Below, piece by piece: positions 37,101 through 64,000 of a stretch of 64,000 nt of DNA (within the stretch, counting starts at the first letter, position 1; each line of letters opens with the position of its first letter). The translations under genes were made by a program, and so were the position numbers. The DNA comes from Bugula neritina (lineage: Eukaryota; Animalia; Bryozoa). The stretch is from NCBI GenBank assembly GCA_964035545.1, contig OZ037767.1, positions 9,930,581 through 9,994,580 on the forward strand, read 5' to 3'. The notes under the pieces were generated by a model. It was not told where the DNA came from. It saw only the letters and a program-made list of their open reading frames with translations, and searched no databases.

Positions 37101-40100
37101 GTGCATGAGTCAAAACTCGATGGAAGGTGGAAAGTCAGACAGGAAACCACCTGCCAACAAGAAATAGAGTAAAACATTCTTATTACCGTGGGCCTCAAAC
37201 AATCATTTGCAATCACATGATCAAAGATGAGAGATAACTCGCCAAAATAATTAGGAAAGTGAATTCTTGATGTACGTAAAGAGGCACTCACATGACTAGC
37301 TTGACTGTAGGGTCCGATACACGACGGGGCCCAGTGAGATATCGACTGCACGTGTCGAGTTTTCTTGAGAGTCGGATCTTTGTGACACAAAACCTGAGCG
37401 TGAAACAGACTGGTGCTGGGTAGAGCAGCTTCAACGCAAATTCTGTGAATACAACATTAAACTTTCTAGAAACTGCAAGCATGGTATTCTTTGATATTGC
37501 TATTTTGAGAATGACTGGTATTAAAAGAGAAAAAACTACTATTACCCTACGACACTTAAACTTTTTACTGTTGTTTGCATATCAGGGTCTCGGCAATCCA
37601 AGATTAGTGCATTTATATTCAGATTCTCCAAATAATAGGTTTTATAAAGCAGCAAAATACTCGTATTATTGAATAATATTGAGTAATCCAAGAAACATTG
37701 AATATTATTAGGTAACATTAAGTATTATAAAGAATTATTGGGTAATAGCAAGCATTATCAAGTATTACTGAGTATTATCAAGTAATACTTAGTATTATAA
37801 GATAATATCACATATTCATAAAACAAGACAAAACCTAATCATGTGACTATTCCAACAGATATAAATATCACATTGAGCAGACCCCAGCAACACATCACAA
37901 CTTACAAGTTTGCACAGACTAACACCAGTACCTACGACTCATCAATGACTCATCAACGTAGAGAGGAATTACCTGGGTGGGGGATTAATACCAAAGTAAG
38001 TGGTGTAGACTGCATTGATATTAGCAAACTGTGACATATCACTGATATAGAGGAGCACATAAGACAAGTTGGGGAATCCACAAGAGTGGGCAGCCAATAC
38101 CTCTACAAACACATCTTTATACTGAAGGTTTTGAGGGAGTATTGGAATAGTTGTAGTGTGACTATTATATTAGTATATGGTAAAGTATTATTTAGTATTA
38201 CATGCATTGTAATGAAATATCACATTATATTATAACGTAATACTACAATACACTGCGTGGAATACACACAGTGTGATACACTATATTATATCAGTAGTTG
38301 CTAGCACCAGTGTATTTGGAGCACCAGTGACGGCTAAAGTCTGTAAATATAACTAACAATATAGCCAGTGCAAACCTCTTACATGAAAGTGGTTTAGGGT
38401 AGTGGACTAAGTAGAATATTTTATATCATCTCATACCATATCGTATCATATCATATTGCATCATATCATATATTATATCACATCGTATATTATATCATAT
38501 TATATTATATCACATCGTATATTATATCATATTATATCGTATCATATCGTATTGTATCATATCAGATATAACCAGTGAACCTTGCAAACGGTCCATCAGC
38601 CTCTTAGTGTCGCTGGCCAGATCCCCCGTCTTCTCAGCTTGTAGAGAACAAAACACCTCATTCTCAGTTTCAACAACAAAAGTCTTGTACTGCTCCGGCC
38701 ATTCACTAACCAGGTTTGTAGTCTCTGAAATTACGAGTTTCACTCTAAAACTCACAGAAACTAACAGCAGAAACTAAAAGTTACATACTTATTTCCTCTA
38801 AACCAGAAGAAGGTGAGGATTTCATAATGAAAAATCAGGAAGCCATATAAGTGAATGATGTGTTTGATGGAGCACAATATAAAATGCAGAGAATTTTAAT
38901 CCAAATTTGTGTGCATAGAATATTATACCAGGTCTGACATATTTCAGAGGTGGAGAATGAGTTGCCCGGGAGAGAAATTCTGCAGTAAATGTTTCGCTCG
39001 TAGCCATTGGTAGTCGCTTCACTCTGTCCGCCCAGCTCAGTGAAGTAAACTAAAACACAGGAGAAAGTGCAAGCATATTATGAGTCAGTAACTACATACC
39101 TCCGTCACCCGCAACAATTCAAACAGTTACGGTGAGATACGGTGAGAAACCTACAGACCTTCGATCAAGGCTTACCACAATACTCTACTGACATTATACC
39201 AGGTTCTGCATTCACAGCAGCTCACATTGTTTGGAATGTAATAGAAACGGGTAATTCTGATAAAACATTTAATGCAACTCCCAAAAGTGTAATGCAACAG
39301 CACTTTGCGATGAAATGCCTGAGCTGTATATTTGCTAGTTTAAAAAGAATGGGTTCAACAATTTTTAATAAAACCTATTGAGTAATTGCTAGCACTACTC
39401 ACAGTACTGATAGCACTAATTACTCATAGTACTGCTAGCACTAATTACTCATAGTACTGCTAGCACTAAGTACTCATAGTACTGCTAGCACTAATTACTC
39501 ATAGTACTGCTAGCACTAACTACTCATAGTACTGCTAGCACTAATTACTCATAGTACTGCTAGCACTAACTACTCATAGCATTCATGGTCATAACAGATA
39601 CATAAATACTCGTGCCCTGTGGTTACCTCAGCAGGTTTGGGCTCCAAATGATACTTCTTGACTTTGAGATATCCGACTGGTGCAATATCTGAATCAGCGT
39701 GAATTACGGTTTCACATTCATCTCTATATGGAAAATAGTACAGCGTATGAATGTAGATTACATCAGAGTCTTACAGCATAGACTTTCAATGGTGGCCACT
39801 GTGGGTTGTCCAACATATAGTCAAAGATTTTCTCAGTGGGCCTCGGGCATATTTGCTATCAAACTTCAGAAAGCAGGTATTGGATACACTCTTTCCAAAT
39901 ACACAAACTCAGTAGTGTGCTACTACTAAAATTCTGTCATCATAAATGTCTCAGTAGAGTTTCTTTAGCCTAAAAAGAGTCATTATCAACAGTAAAAGAG
40001 TGGCAACTTACATCACAATCTTGCTATTGTAGAGAGGGCAGTCCAGGGTCAAGGTCTCGTACTCCCCGCCCTCACCACAAACGTGAACACCATAATCTTT

Positions 40101-43100
40101 ATTCTACAACACATTATACAAACAGCAACTGAATGATAGGCTCACCAAAATGACAGAAATAAAACACACTAGGCGGCCAAAAGTGAAAATAATGTCAAAA
40201 ATATTATATGTAACTCCACTACTACTATTATTTGACATTGAAAGTCAAAATCAATTCAGCAAAAAAATCTGAAAAATGAGTAACTGAGTCTATGAGTAAC
40301 TGAGTCTATGAGTAACTGAGTCTATGAGTAACTGAGTCTATGAGTAACTGAGTCTATGAGTGACTGAGTCTATGAGTAACTGAGCCTAGGAGTAACTGAG
40401 TCTAACAGTAACTAGTAGTGTAGAGTTTCCAAAGTTACAAAATCAACTCAGTCTTGCACAAGCAAAAAGCATTGCATGTACAAATAAATAAAACAACTAA
40501 TTTTTCAATTATTACCTTGCTATGGATTTAACTCTTACGTTGAAATTTTTAGCCAGGTCAACCTTTGGCATTCATTGCATCGATGCTACTAATAATTCTT
40601 TAGCTAAAAACTACTCTCAGATAAATTTCTAAATCAACTAAAGAACTTTCTATGAGAGGCTGATTTAAGTTTGGTGAACATTGGACAGATAACTCTTAAT
40701 GCTAAAGCAGAAATAGGCCTGTGTTACAGGAAACTCACCAACTTAGACAAGTGATCTTTCAGAGTAGATAGTGACTGATTTAAATGCAGCTTTGGATCTA
40801 AGCCTAAAATAATATCACGATATTAAGAGTTTTTACAAAAGTAATAAAAAAAGGTTCATACTAATACTGCTGAAATAGTGCTGGAATGTTCCAAATTCAT
40901 AACATATGTCCGACAAAGAATTCACATACTTAGGTAATAAATAATTTCTATTTTAATTCATATTAATTAGAAACAAGACACTGCCTAACAGAGAAATATT
41001 AAATGCCTAGTTTTACCATCTTAGTAATCTACTTTACTTCTTATTTGAGATCAGCTTAGTAAAAACAGCATAGTAATCTAATCAACTCCCAATATTTTTC
41101 ATACACTTGAGCTCTAATAAACTCACATGGGTTTATAATCCCCATACCTATAAGAAACTCATGATAGAAAGAAATTTTTTTGTAAACTTAATACTCCACC
41201 TAGCAGCACCAATGGCCTGCACTGGGACTTGAACCACTGACCTGGTGTTTACTAAGCTGCTGTTTTAACCCCTAGACCTCATCTGCACCCTACATTTGAG
41301 CTCTAATTTATTTGTTTCTATGAATTGCTTAAAATGTGAACAATCCAGCAATCGCTGTTTTTTCTAGTTATGCTACAGGCCTTGTGGCTAGACATGATCT
41401 TGGAGAATTAGGTTTGTGATGGAATTAAGTACAGGAAGTCTTATTAGAAGACTTCAAATATGATGTTTTGGCAAAAAGGCATTAATTTAGTTTCCAAAAT
41501 GAACATAGTCAAAGCATTGGGTTTAAAAATTGGTTTTAAAAATTTAATTATTTAATTTTTTAGTAGAGCTAATAGTGTGTGTTGAAATTTCCCGACCTTT
41601 AGATTTACTATAGAACTATAGCAAGAAGATCTACATTACCAATGCTAGCGACTTTAACAAGTACTGCATCAATTTGGCAAGCAAGAATCTCTTCAAGGAG
41701 TTGAGCTTGGTTTCGAGACCAGAGATATGAGAGACAGTTGAGGCCCAGTCTACTGCACACGTCTTCCACTCTGACTCTTTGGTAGTCCGACAGCACGGCT
41801 CCAACTGCTACAGCTTCTATCTTATGCTCTTCCTACACAGTAAGTCCAGTATTTACTCTTTATATACACCAACAGGTTCAGTATGTACTCACCAACAAGT
41901 TCAGTATATTATACTCTTTATATACACGTACGGTTTTTACTTCATCATCACCTAAATATTGACAGTGTATTCTGCAAGCTACCCTATTTAGACTTGAACT
42001 CCTTAAATGTTATGCAGTGTAATAACAGATCAGGCATCATCACCAAATGTTTATTTACATGTTATTTCTGTTAATCCAAACATTGTGAAAAAACCTACTA
42101 ATCTTTGATAGAAATGGAAAGCAATATTATATATTATATTAACTCAGTTGTTAAACTGAGGACTTCGACAGTTGCAAGATCAGGTAAGGGCAGCGTATCA
42201 GCCACCCTCAATATTTCTTACAAAAAAGGTAGGAACCTCTATGTCCCCAAAAGGCAACAGAACGTAGCCAGACCCAAGTGGCTACCAGCTGGGACTGCCA
42301 CTGCAACTGATTTACACACACTTAACTAGTCACACATATTTCAAATAACAATTGAGAACAAATCATTTACAAATTTATTTCAAGTGCAAAATGAATACAT
42401 ATGAATGTAACCTGGCAAACATCTTTACGCATTTTTACTTCTAACAGATTAACTTTGCCAACTGTTTGGCAAAAATTTAAATGGAATCAAGCTGTGAGAA
42501 TTATGTTTTTCATTATTTTGAGTAAAACCAGGCTAGTTTAATGTTGTGTCTATTTTCATTGAAAGAGATATAACTTTCAAAAATAGATTTCTAAATAGAA
42601 TGCTAAAGTTTTTTCTACAACTCTTGTTGGGCTAAAATACGACATCTAGTGCTAGAGAATATATATTTTTAGTTAGACTATTATAGCTATGATTGGTGGC
42701 AACGGTCTTAGTTGATGTCATGCTGAACAAGTCATCCAGTAGCTAGTGAATGAAGTAGCCTGGGCATACAAATCTTGCATAATTACTCCAAAACTACGTA
42801 CTGCTTTTTTTAGAAACGAAAATCCCAGTGACAGTTCCATCTATGTAGAAGGCTGCGCTGGTAGCCCTCCCCTAACCGATAAATATATAAAAAATTGTAC
42901 TACTGTCCCTTAAGCTAACAACCAGCTCACCATACAAAAGAAGAACTTACTTTCACTCCCTTGATTAGTTCAAATAGGTCCTCTACTTCATCTCCAGCAT
43001 GAGGACCTTTGTAGCCTTCAGCTATATTGAGAGACGTACCCTGCAAAGCCCGCCTGTGTAAAGGCAACCCCAGAGCTTGAGCTACACATCCTATCATCTC

Positions 43101-43913
43101 ATGGCCAGCCGTCTGGTACATGTAACTGTCCAACTCTCCTGGTAAAATCATCACCAACACTCAACACCTCAACAACCATGTAACATGTGACGTAGTAAGT
43201 AGTGCAATTCAAACACATGGCATTGATAATCTGGACAGACTGCTTAAGATTATTTAATCCCAAAAATATTTTAGTGGAGCAAATGTTTATCCTCTCATAT
43301 GCAGACTGCACTGAGCTCTAGAAGTGAAACATGTATGCGCATACCAGTTGAACTTCTAGAGGTCAGTTCAAAGTATGTAAAATATATGTAAAGCTGGTTC
43401 ACTACAGCAACCACTGAATATTGTTTCTAATAAAATGGCAATCCATGCGAAGTGGTATTTTGTGGGCATACAGACTTATAAAACAGGAAATCACTTGACT
43501 AACCATTGTTGTCAATCGGCGGGTGAAGATTAGCCAGGGCAACCACGTTATGATCCTCAGCAACACATTTCAGAAGATTGAAGCAGCTATCTTTGCCACC
43601 GCTAAAACACGTATGAAAATTGAAAAATAAAATACTGACAATTTAGTAAATCTTAATGAATAAAGCTCTTTTAGGCAGCAAATACTTCATAAAAAAGTAA
43701 AGAACCTATCCAAAAATGTAGTACTTATGTTATCATAACTTAGTGTTAGTGCAACAATAAATTGAAGAGTGAAGCAACCAACTAGTTTAAAGCAATACCT
43801 GATCTACTAAACTAAATGAACTTTACTAAGTACTTATTATATTATATCAAATATGTCTATATGCAATGCAAGAAACCAACACAGTCATACCTGATAAGTC
43901 CTGCAACTCTCAT
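34145..43913 (-). CDS. DPH6: Diphthine--ammonia ligase (diphthamide synthase) fused to C-terminal RidA/YjgF-like domains, 15 exons, about 630 aa
   Basis: Exons (minus) 43913-43891, 43601-43504, 43138-42951, 41832-41640, 40803-40739, 40103-40012, 39723-39627, 39049-38929, 38724-38581, 38102-37973, 37442-37292, 36145-35909, 35721-35616, 35109-34996, 34278-34145 (1893 nt). Motifs: MRVAGLISGGKDS (PP-loop), ELDSYMYQTAG, DEVEDL, GAVLSDYQRVRVE, CGEGGEYETLTLDCP, HVQSISHWAPSCIGPYSQA, VFVSGQI, LPRDVSVEW. The last two exons depend on an inferred GC donor and are less certain. Confidence 0.9.
35460..35628. repeat. 21-bp minisatellite (8 units) overlapping the DPH6 exon 13 donor
   Basis: Minus-strand unit CCATAGCAACAGACATGTTTA. 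Confidence 0.85.
36781..36980 (-). mobile_element. tRNA-derived SINE (family S), near full length
   Basis: The reverse strand reads GCTCCGTGATCTAGGGG (A box)...CTTAGTAAACATG...GGGTTTGAACCC (B box), followed by the shared core and tail. Confidence 0.82.
38421..38568. repeat. (ATATC)n pentanucleotide tract
   Basis: ATATC/ATATT/GTATC units starting about 15 nt into DPH6 intron 9. Confidence 0.8.
39380..39580. repeat. 25-bp minisatellite, about 8 copies
   Basis: Unit TACTGCTAGCACTAATTACTCATAG. Confidence 0.88.
40277..40414. repeat. 16-bp minisatellite, about 8 copies
   Basis: Unit TGAGTAACTGAGTCTA. Confidence 0.88.
41198..41287 (-). mobile_element. SINE family S, tRNA head fragment
   Basis: CACCAATGGCC...ACTGGGACTTGAACC...GTGTTTACTAAG...AACCCCTAGACC. 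Confidence 0.65.
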
Positions 43914-45519
43914 ATTATGAAGAGATCTGTACTGGCATGCAAAAGCCAAAACAGTTCGTCGTTGGCAAAATACCCGTGAAATCATTCAAACAACAACTGA
44001 CGAAATTTAGTTGTAGGTAAAGGAGCTAAAAGCAAAAAAAGTTAACAAGTTTTTGTCTGCAAATGGGCAGTAACTGACAGCTCCGCATGGCAATTTTGCC
44101 TTAATGAAAATTCACTAGGATCTGATCTATAATTTCAGAGCAAATCATTATTGAGATAAATAAATTTTATTTGTAAAAGATAAAATCACAAATTCCCAAG
44201 GTTCAAGTAAAAGTCATCACTCATTCTAAAATTAAAATAAAATACTATTTGAGCCATAGTGCATAGAGCCTAGTTCATAACACTGATATTAAGTAGTCTG
44301 AATTAATCATACTCATAATAATAATGAGATTGACTATGGCATGGGTACATGTTTATTTGCTATGTAACTGTAAGCTATAGAGAAATATCAAATATACATA
44401 AATTTATAATTAAATTAAATTGAATATTGTTATAATTAAATTTTATTTAATTTGATCATGATTATGGTGATTAATCATTAATGATGATAACTTACAGTTT
44501 GAGTTACTCAATTAGACTTAGAGTTACTGTTAATGTTAGACTTAGTAGCCATAGAGATAATGATAACGCCGCATACCTATTGATACCGAGTCTAATAGTT
44601 TATTCATACTCATACTAATACTTATAGTGATAGTCATACTCATATTGATACTGCATAATTAATGTGATACTTAAACTGATACTTAGTACGAGTATCACTA
44701 TCACTATAAGTATAAGTATGAGTATGATTATGAATGATAGTTGATACTCAATTTCATACTGACACACTTAAAGTGATACTCATACTGATACTGATACTCA
44801 TAGTCATACTCAGTCTCATGGTAATTTAGTATAAGACGTACTTATAGTTATAGTATTCTGTGATGTGACTCATAGCATCTGACCTACAGTACGGGTACCT
44901 AAAAGTAAAGTCCTAAAAGTAAACCCTAGTTACTGTTACTGTAACTGTTAGTGTTACCGAAATGAAAATTAAAATACTATCACTATGTAATTGTATTAGT
45001 ATAGATTAGACGACTATACATATACAGCGCAAAAAAAAACAAGTACAGTGAGAAAAGATCATAAATAACAAAAATCAAAATGCCCAAGTTTTACATTTAC
45101 TTTCAGTTCAACCGCTTGCTAGAAGTAGTTAGGATACTGATAGTGATACTGATAGCGAATTGCAGTTTAGCAGCTGCTGAAAGTGAAACTTGAATGCAAA
45201 GGATGTGCAATAAAACATGTTGAGGTTACAGAACGCCTATTTTAACGAGTCGTATTCACTATTATTGATAAAAATGTAGTTGCAAAAGGTTAAAGGTTAA
45301 TAGATAGTTGCAATAGCAGAATTAGTTTCGTTATAAGCAGCTCTAAGTTAGAGGTACGTCAGAGCAATAGTTTGTAGTTCTCAAGTTAGCAGTTGAAGCT
45401 TTAGATTGTAACTGTAAACCCGCAACATTAAAGTCGAGATTTCAAACTACTGTATTTACTCATCCCTAACTTCGAGCTGTTTATAGAACCATTCCTAGAC
45501 TTGAAACGCGTCGCTAAAG

Positions 45520-47463
<1,944 letters not shown>

Positions 47464-48431
47464 CGCTAAAGAAGAAAGCTACTCAGGTTACGTAAGAATG
47501 AATTAAACAGCTTCAATTGGCTGTAAATTAAACTTGAGTTTTACTTTTCGTTTGAGTTTTGGTTCAGCTTCAAGCTCAACTTACACTAATTTACTTAGTG
47601 TGGTAATATAAGAGTATAACTATTAGTATTGCTGTTAGTAAACTAGCTTCTAGTTATAGTTAATGTTATACTTAATCTTATAGTTATAGTCTATAGATAA
47701 TCATAATCATAATACTAATAGTAATACTTATACTTATACTAATAGTAATACTAATAGTAATAGTAATAGTACTCTAATAGTCTTCATATTCATATTGATA
47801 TTTTTATTAAAGTTATGCTCATAGTCATTAATATTCTTATAATCTATTTAATTTTTTTAGTTTAAAGTCAATAACATTAACTAAGAACTAATATGTATAA
47901 CACTTTAGATATAATAATTATAAATAATAATTATTTGATTTTATTGAAAACTAGAATTTTTTTATGAATATAATAGAATTAAATATAATTATAAAGTTCA
48001 CAATTTGAATTACAGTTTGATACTAGTTAGTAGTTTAGATTAGCTATACTAAAGTTTATGATGAATTTTTTGGCATTTAATGAAATATTTATATTATCAA
48101 TATGCTGCATGATTTTTGTTCATTGCAATTGATTAGTTTGCTAATCTAATAGTGATATGGGCAGTCAAACATTTTGAGTGGTTTTTGGCTCTAGGATACG
48201 GAACATCAGCCATGAAAATATTCAGCGTAAGCTTGACTATGACATACATAAACAACTTTAAAAAGACTTAAATTTAATTAGACTCAAAGTTTTCCTGTAA
48301 AATGTTGGGCATTATATTTATATTACTATTAGTATGTAATGTAAATAATATTTTTTTGTTCTGTTTGTAGTGAAGTAGTCTTATTTAGTTTGGATTTTAG
48401 CTGGCGAATAAGCTGGTACCTCTTCTGAACT

Positions 48432-56084
<7,653 letters not shown>

Positions 56085-56908
56085 ATTTATCATGATTATT
56101 TTGTGTTAACCTGTTGGACTTTTATATAATGTATTATATACGCAAGAATTTCATTTGGACTTTTTAAGGCAATAATTTATTATGCAGAACAGTTTGTAGT
56201 TTGTTAACAGACCAAATAATGTTATTTGTTTTTTTGGGTTTATGGTTGATGGCAGCTTAAAGTGATTTCTACACTCGTTGTAACTAACTTTTTACCTAAT
56301 AATATTCAATGCATAATTATCATGTTGTAAATTTTAAAATAAATAAAAATAAAAAATTTAAACGTGATACTATCAACAATTCGAACCAATTTAAGCTAAA
56401 TTGAAAGTCTGCCAAAATAATATTGATATTAGTTAAAAATTCTGAATAATAACATCACTTGCAAATGGAAATCATCAAATATCGTGACTGGCTTAGGGTT
56501 GTCCAGAATAGTCAAATATTACTTGGTTTAGTTCTTAATTCAACTTCATTGAGTCATCAATGCTCACTTGATAATTTTAGTTGCCAACTTTGTTTATTAT
56601 GACCTTCACACTAGTCTAACATGCCGGTTATTATTACTAGCTGAAGTTTTATTGTGTTACAAAAAAGATAATTTATCAGCGGTGTTGTAGAAATTGCAGT
56701 TTTGGTAAAATCACTAAAATGCAACACTTTTGTGATCCAAGAAAAACGCATTTCTAACTTTCATTGCCTGAGTTCCAACAGCACAACATATTATAAGTGT
56801 GATACGCTATGTCAGTCATGCAGTTCCCCTAAATTTCTACGAATTATTTTTATTTAGTGCTTTTAAAACCTGAGGTCTATGTATTTACACAAACCCATGC
56901 CATGTATA

Positions 56909-57110
56909 CAGTGCTCCCTCGCTGTATCTCAATAAGCTACGGGTCCTGAAACCTCACTTCATGACACAGCGGAATACCAGATTTAACTCGCAGATCCATT
57001 AAATTTGGCAATTTTTTCCTATACACACATACATAAGCCACAAACTGGAAATCCAAGCCCTTTTCGTCACCTATGGAATTTCTTGATAAAGGGCTACGGG
57101 AAAAGCACTG
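56909..57110 (-). mobile_element. Tc1/mariner-type MITE (family A), second copy
   Basis: TA-CAGTGCTCCCTC ... GGAAAAGCACTG-TA. Internal sequence (GAATACCAGATTTAACTC, CCTATACACACATACATAA, AAGCCCTTTTC) is the reverse complement of the 10370-10579 copy. Confidence 0.8.
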
Positions 57111-57243
57111 TATATAGAAAGTCAATTTTATATAAAAACCTTGCATTTGTCTTCTAAGTTTTCATTCCTGTGAAATCTTTTGATAAAGGAGTCTTTTTCA
57201 GCAAGTTTACAACTGGTTTCTAATGTGGTGCAGAGTGTTTACG

Positions 57244-57300
57244 ATCCTTCCTAACATCAACAATGCGGCAGTACTGAGATTTAAATCCATGACATCTTTA
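57244..57300 (-). mobile_element. SINE family S, short fragment
   Basis: CTTCCTAACATCAACAATG...ACTGAGATTTAA matches the 11829 copy. Confidence 0.45.
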
Positions 57301-60300
57301 CTCACTCACTTTAGCAACTTTCATGGTTGCTCGGCTAACTTTACGCAATAGCTATCAGACAAAACTTACAAGATTGCAAGTAAAGATCATTGACATATGA
57401 GAAAAGAAAACTTGAGGAACCATACTTTACTAGAAAACTAACATCTGTGTCTTACTAAGATAATTTGACAATTTACATAATTGTGGCAAAAATAAATTAT
57501 AATAAAGTGCAAGTTATTTATTTGCATTCCTGCATGCCATATGTGTTGTCATTCAAATTTGAAAGGCTTAACTGATAAAAGCACAGCTTTTCAAAAGTGT
57601 TTATAGCAACTGTTGCAGATAATGAGAAGAGGAATTTCACTGTAGCATATAACTGTTTTATAACAAAGTCACAACGATGTTTTGTCAAACCTTCAATTTG
57701 TACATTTTTAGAATAGAATTTCCATCACAGTTTAAAGATAATTAAGTAGAGATTTAATACTAATACACTCTATACGTAATGAGGTAATTACAAACTGCCA
57801 GCCAATTATTGAATGCAGTACATTGTTGCATATACAGTACATGATTCTTTCCATCGATGCATTTTAATAGCTACTACCTTTGCTTCATTTTAGTATAATT
57901 GCACTAGCATATGAGTGACACCTATGAGCAACTTGTAAAATTAAGCTGACTGTTGACAGATGAATTCCATTACTAGGTAACTAAAGCAGCCACTAGTCTT
58001 TGCTATTTAATAGAGAGATTTTAGGGTTTTGAACTGATGCAATTTTTATTTTCACACAACTTTCATATAGTATCTATAGAAAAAAATATTCAAGTTTGAA
58101 TCCAATTTACAGCTTTCCCACAGTTTTGCATTTTCTGTGTGCCATTAGGGATGGCACAAGCCATATAAAGTCAATTATTACCATTTTTGGCCAATAGCAT
58201 AAGTTATAAGCTAAATATTATACCGATATTTGTTAATAATGCTCTCTCAACATTTTTAAGATTATAATAAGGCTTTGCAAGAGTAATCTTTCAGAAATAT
58301 CATGTTGAATATGTACACACTTTCCTGACTATTATTATCTATATCATTAAAGTTTGAAAGTTACTAAATCTAATATAGCATAACGTTATGTGGTTATGAG
58401 CTTTAAAAAACTGCACATAGGGAGGCACTTATATGTGCTGTCAGTCACACCTGTCTATTCACATATTATATTTAATATATCTTACAGTTCGATAGACACA
58501 CTATTAGAAGTAAATAGTTACAAACCTCCCAATGATATGAATGACAGGCAATTCTCAATCTAAAATATAAAAATTGGTTTTAAGCTTTTTATTCAACATT
58601 CTTTTATCCTTTTTCAAAGGTCACATTTTTCAATAACTATGTTTTAAGTACTTATATGCAAAAATAGGGAGAATACATAAACTTTCAAATCTGCTTTGTT
58701 GTAGTTTTGGTCCATAATTTATGTTTTATAGTTTGCTTTGCTCCGGCGCAGTTATAGGTTTTATAGATCTATATATCTGCAACACATATTTACGGTAAAA
58801 TTGCGGAGCTTTAAACATTTTATATTCAGCATAGAATATTTCGTGCTGCTATAAATATATATGTAGGCTAAATTTGCATATACATACTGTATATATTACA
58901 TCTCATAGATTGATATTGCATGAAAGAATTAATATTTTTGCTAAATTATTACATATAGAGCAGCAATCAGAAACATTCTGCAATATACTAGTTAGTGCCT
59001 GGTTATAATTGCATGAGTAGCCTGCGTTATATTTAGCATACCTTAAAACTTGATATGATAACTAGTTTAGAAGCTACTTTGCAGTTGAAACTGTGTGCAA
59101 TATGCATATGAGCAGTGCAATGTATCTATATACACAGTATATAGGCTATATTAACCATATATTGGCTTAAACACCTGTGAATTCTAGACAAGTAGCAGCG
59201 TAATAGTACTAGCAATAATTAGTTCATTGGTTGAAGTTACTCATTATATTATTATATAGTTATAATTTTGTAATATTGCTGTAGATTATATATAATAAGA
59301 TATAAATTAGCAAACTGATCATAAATTGCTACCTGCTAATTCTCAATACACACCCACAACCAGCACTGTATGTTCATAACTAGTTACTCTACTACCAGTG
59401 CTATTACCAATAGGAGGTATGTGAATTTCGTATCATTTTATTTTATTCAATTTCTCAGTTTCATCAATTGGTATAATTACTGCTCAACAGGCAAACCTTG
59501 TTGCTATTAATCCTTAAGCCTGGGCTTATTGCTCTTTAATTTGCTTAAAATTTGTCATGCATTGCGCTATTGAACCTGTTCAAAAAATTTTGCTAAGTTC
59601 TGTTTAAAATTTTTGTATATATACATGCATATTATTTTAGCACGTGTATATGCTTTCATTGGTCAATTGTATAATAATTATATTTTTTATATTATTGTAT
59701 CATTAGAAATATTTTTATTTTAATTATTCAAACCACATTACAATTAATAATTATTCGCTGCTTGCCAGTCAAAATATTTGATACTTCCATTACAGTAAAA
59801 ACCGATACGAAAATTAGCATTTTGAGTTTGTCATGACCTATGTTGTATATTATTTAGACTAAATGCTAAATGTTTTGACTCATTGTGTTTGTAACTCTAC
59901 CAAATATACCATTATTGTACCCCAAGTTACAGTATAGTGGCATATTAGTTCTTGCTCTGAATATTGCATAACACTGTCTCACATGTAACATGCTAACAAG
60001 AACTGATTATATTGGTCACATCACTTATCTGCAGTTTTGCATATATGACTAAAGTTTAAATATTTTTTGCATATTCATATTACTATTCCCATTACTATAG
60101 GGCCTAAAATCTAAATAATAGTTCTAGAAAAATTTGGTATATCAAATCACTGCATTTGTTTGAGCTTAAATATAATTTTACATTATAAAGTTCTTGTGCA
60201 TAAATAGCCTACTTTTGAGCTGAAATAAAAATGTTTTATATGATTTTTCAGTTCTTTCAGTCCACCATGATAATTGGAGCTGATAAGGAACGATTTAAAT

Positions 60301-60417
60301 TCACAATTCTCTACACACATCACCTATGTTACTAACAAAATGGCAAAATAAGTTTAAATAAATTTAATGTGAATAAATTTTTAATTATTTTAGAATTTAA
60401 CTAACAGCTACTTGAAA

Positions 60418-63784
<3,367 letters not shown>

Positions 63785-64000
63785 ATATTGGAGTCGTCAG
63801 CTTATGACCAAAATATCTCTGATTCAATCTCCTTGAACGCTACTTACATGCAGATGTAACATCTTTGGACAGTTAATCGATGCATTGGTTCTTTTATTTA
63901 TATATGGTCACTAGGCGAGGAACGCACTATTTGTGTTATAAAATAATATACAGTGGTAAAACTTATTAAATTAACTCTTTGTTTGTCATTTGACTCATGA

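Noticed and set aside
36480-37200. Possible decayed RTE-like LINE 3' fragment (KIMEG..RGKPRK-like traces); similar hints at 24657-24842
   Set aside because: Only faint, frameshifted motif resemblance; it cannot be supported without a translated search.

Overview
AT-rich, intron-containing animal (invertebrate) genomic DNA, not prokaryotic. The close resemblance of the last gene to squid calexcitin suggests a lophotrochozoan (inference). I reconstructed seven spliced genes by hand from GT/AG boundaries and frame continuity: coronin-2-like (-, 5' part only, runs off the left edge), peroxisomal 2-hydroxyacid oxidase HAO1-like (+), DUSP12/YVH1 (-), a type II PKA regulatory subunit (+), DPH6 with C-terminal RidA/YjgF-like domains (-), kynurenine 3-monooxygenase (+) and calexcitin (+). 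Introns and intergenic DNA hold a tRNA-Thr-derived SINE (6 copies), a second tRNA-like repeat (2 copies), several MITE families, a 1.94-kb hAT-type foldback element with an exact 8-bp TSD and a (TA)n core, and many mini/microsatellites. Five observations stand out. (1) The PKA-RII has Ser at the cAMP/cGMP selectivity position of BOTH phosphate-binding cassettes. (2) Degenerate period-6 DNA tracts flank the 5' ends of five genes but were not seen at PKA-R or calexcitin. (3) The foldback element sits in the DPH6/KMO divergent promoter region. (4) A GC splice donor is embedded in the first unit of an in-frame 21-bp minisatellite in DPH6. (5) Tandem repeats cluster at exon boundaries. No clear-cut novel multi-gene system could be established from sequence alone.
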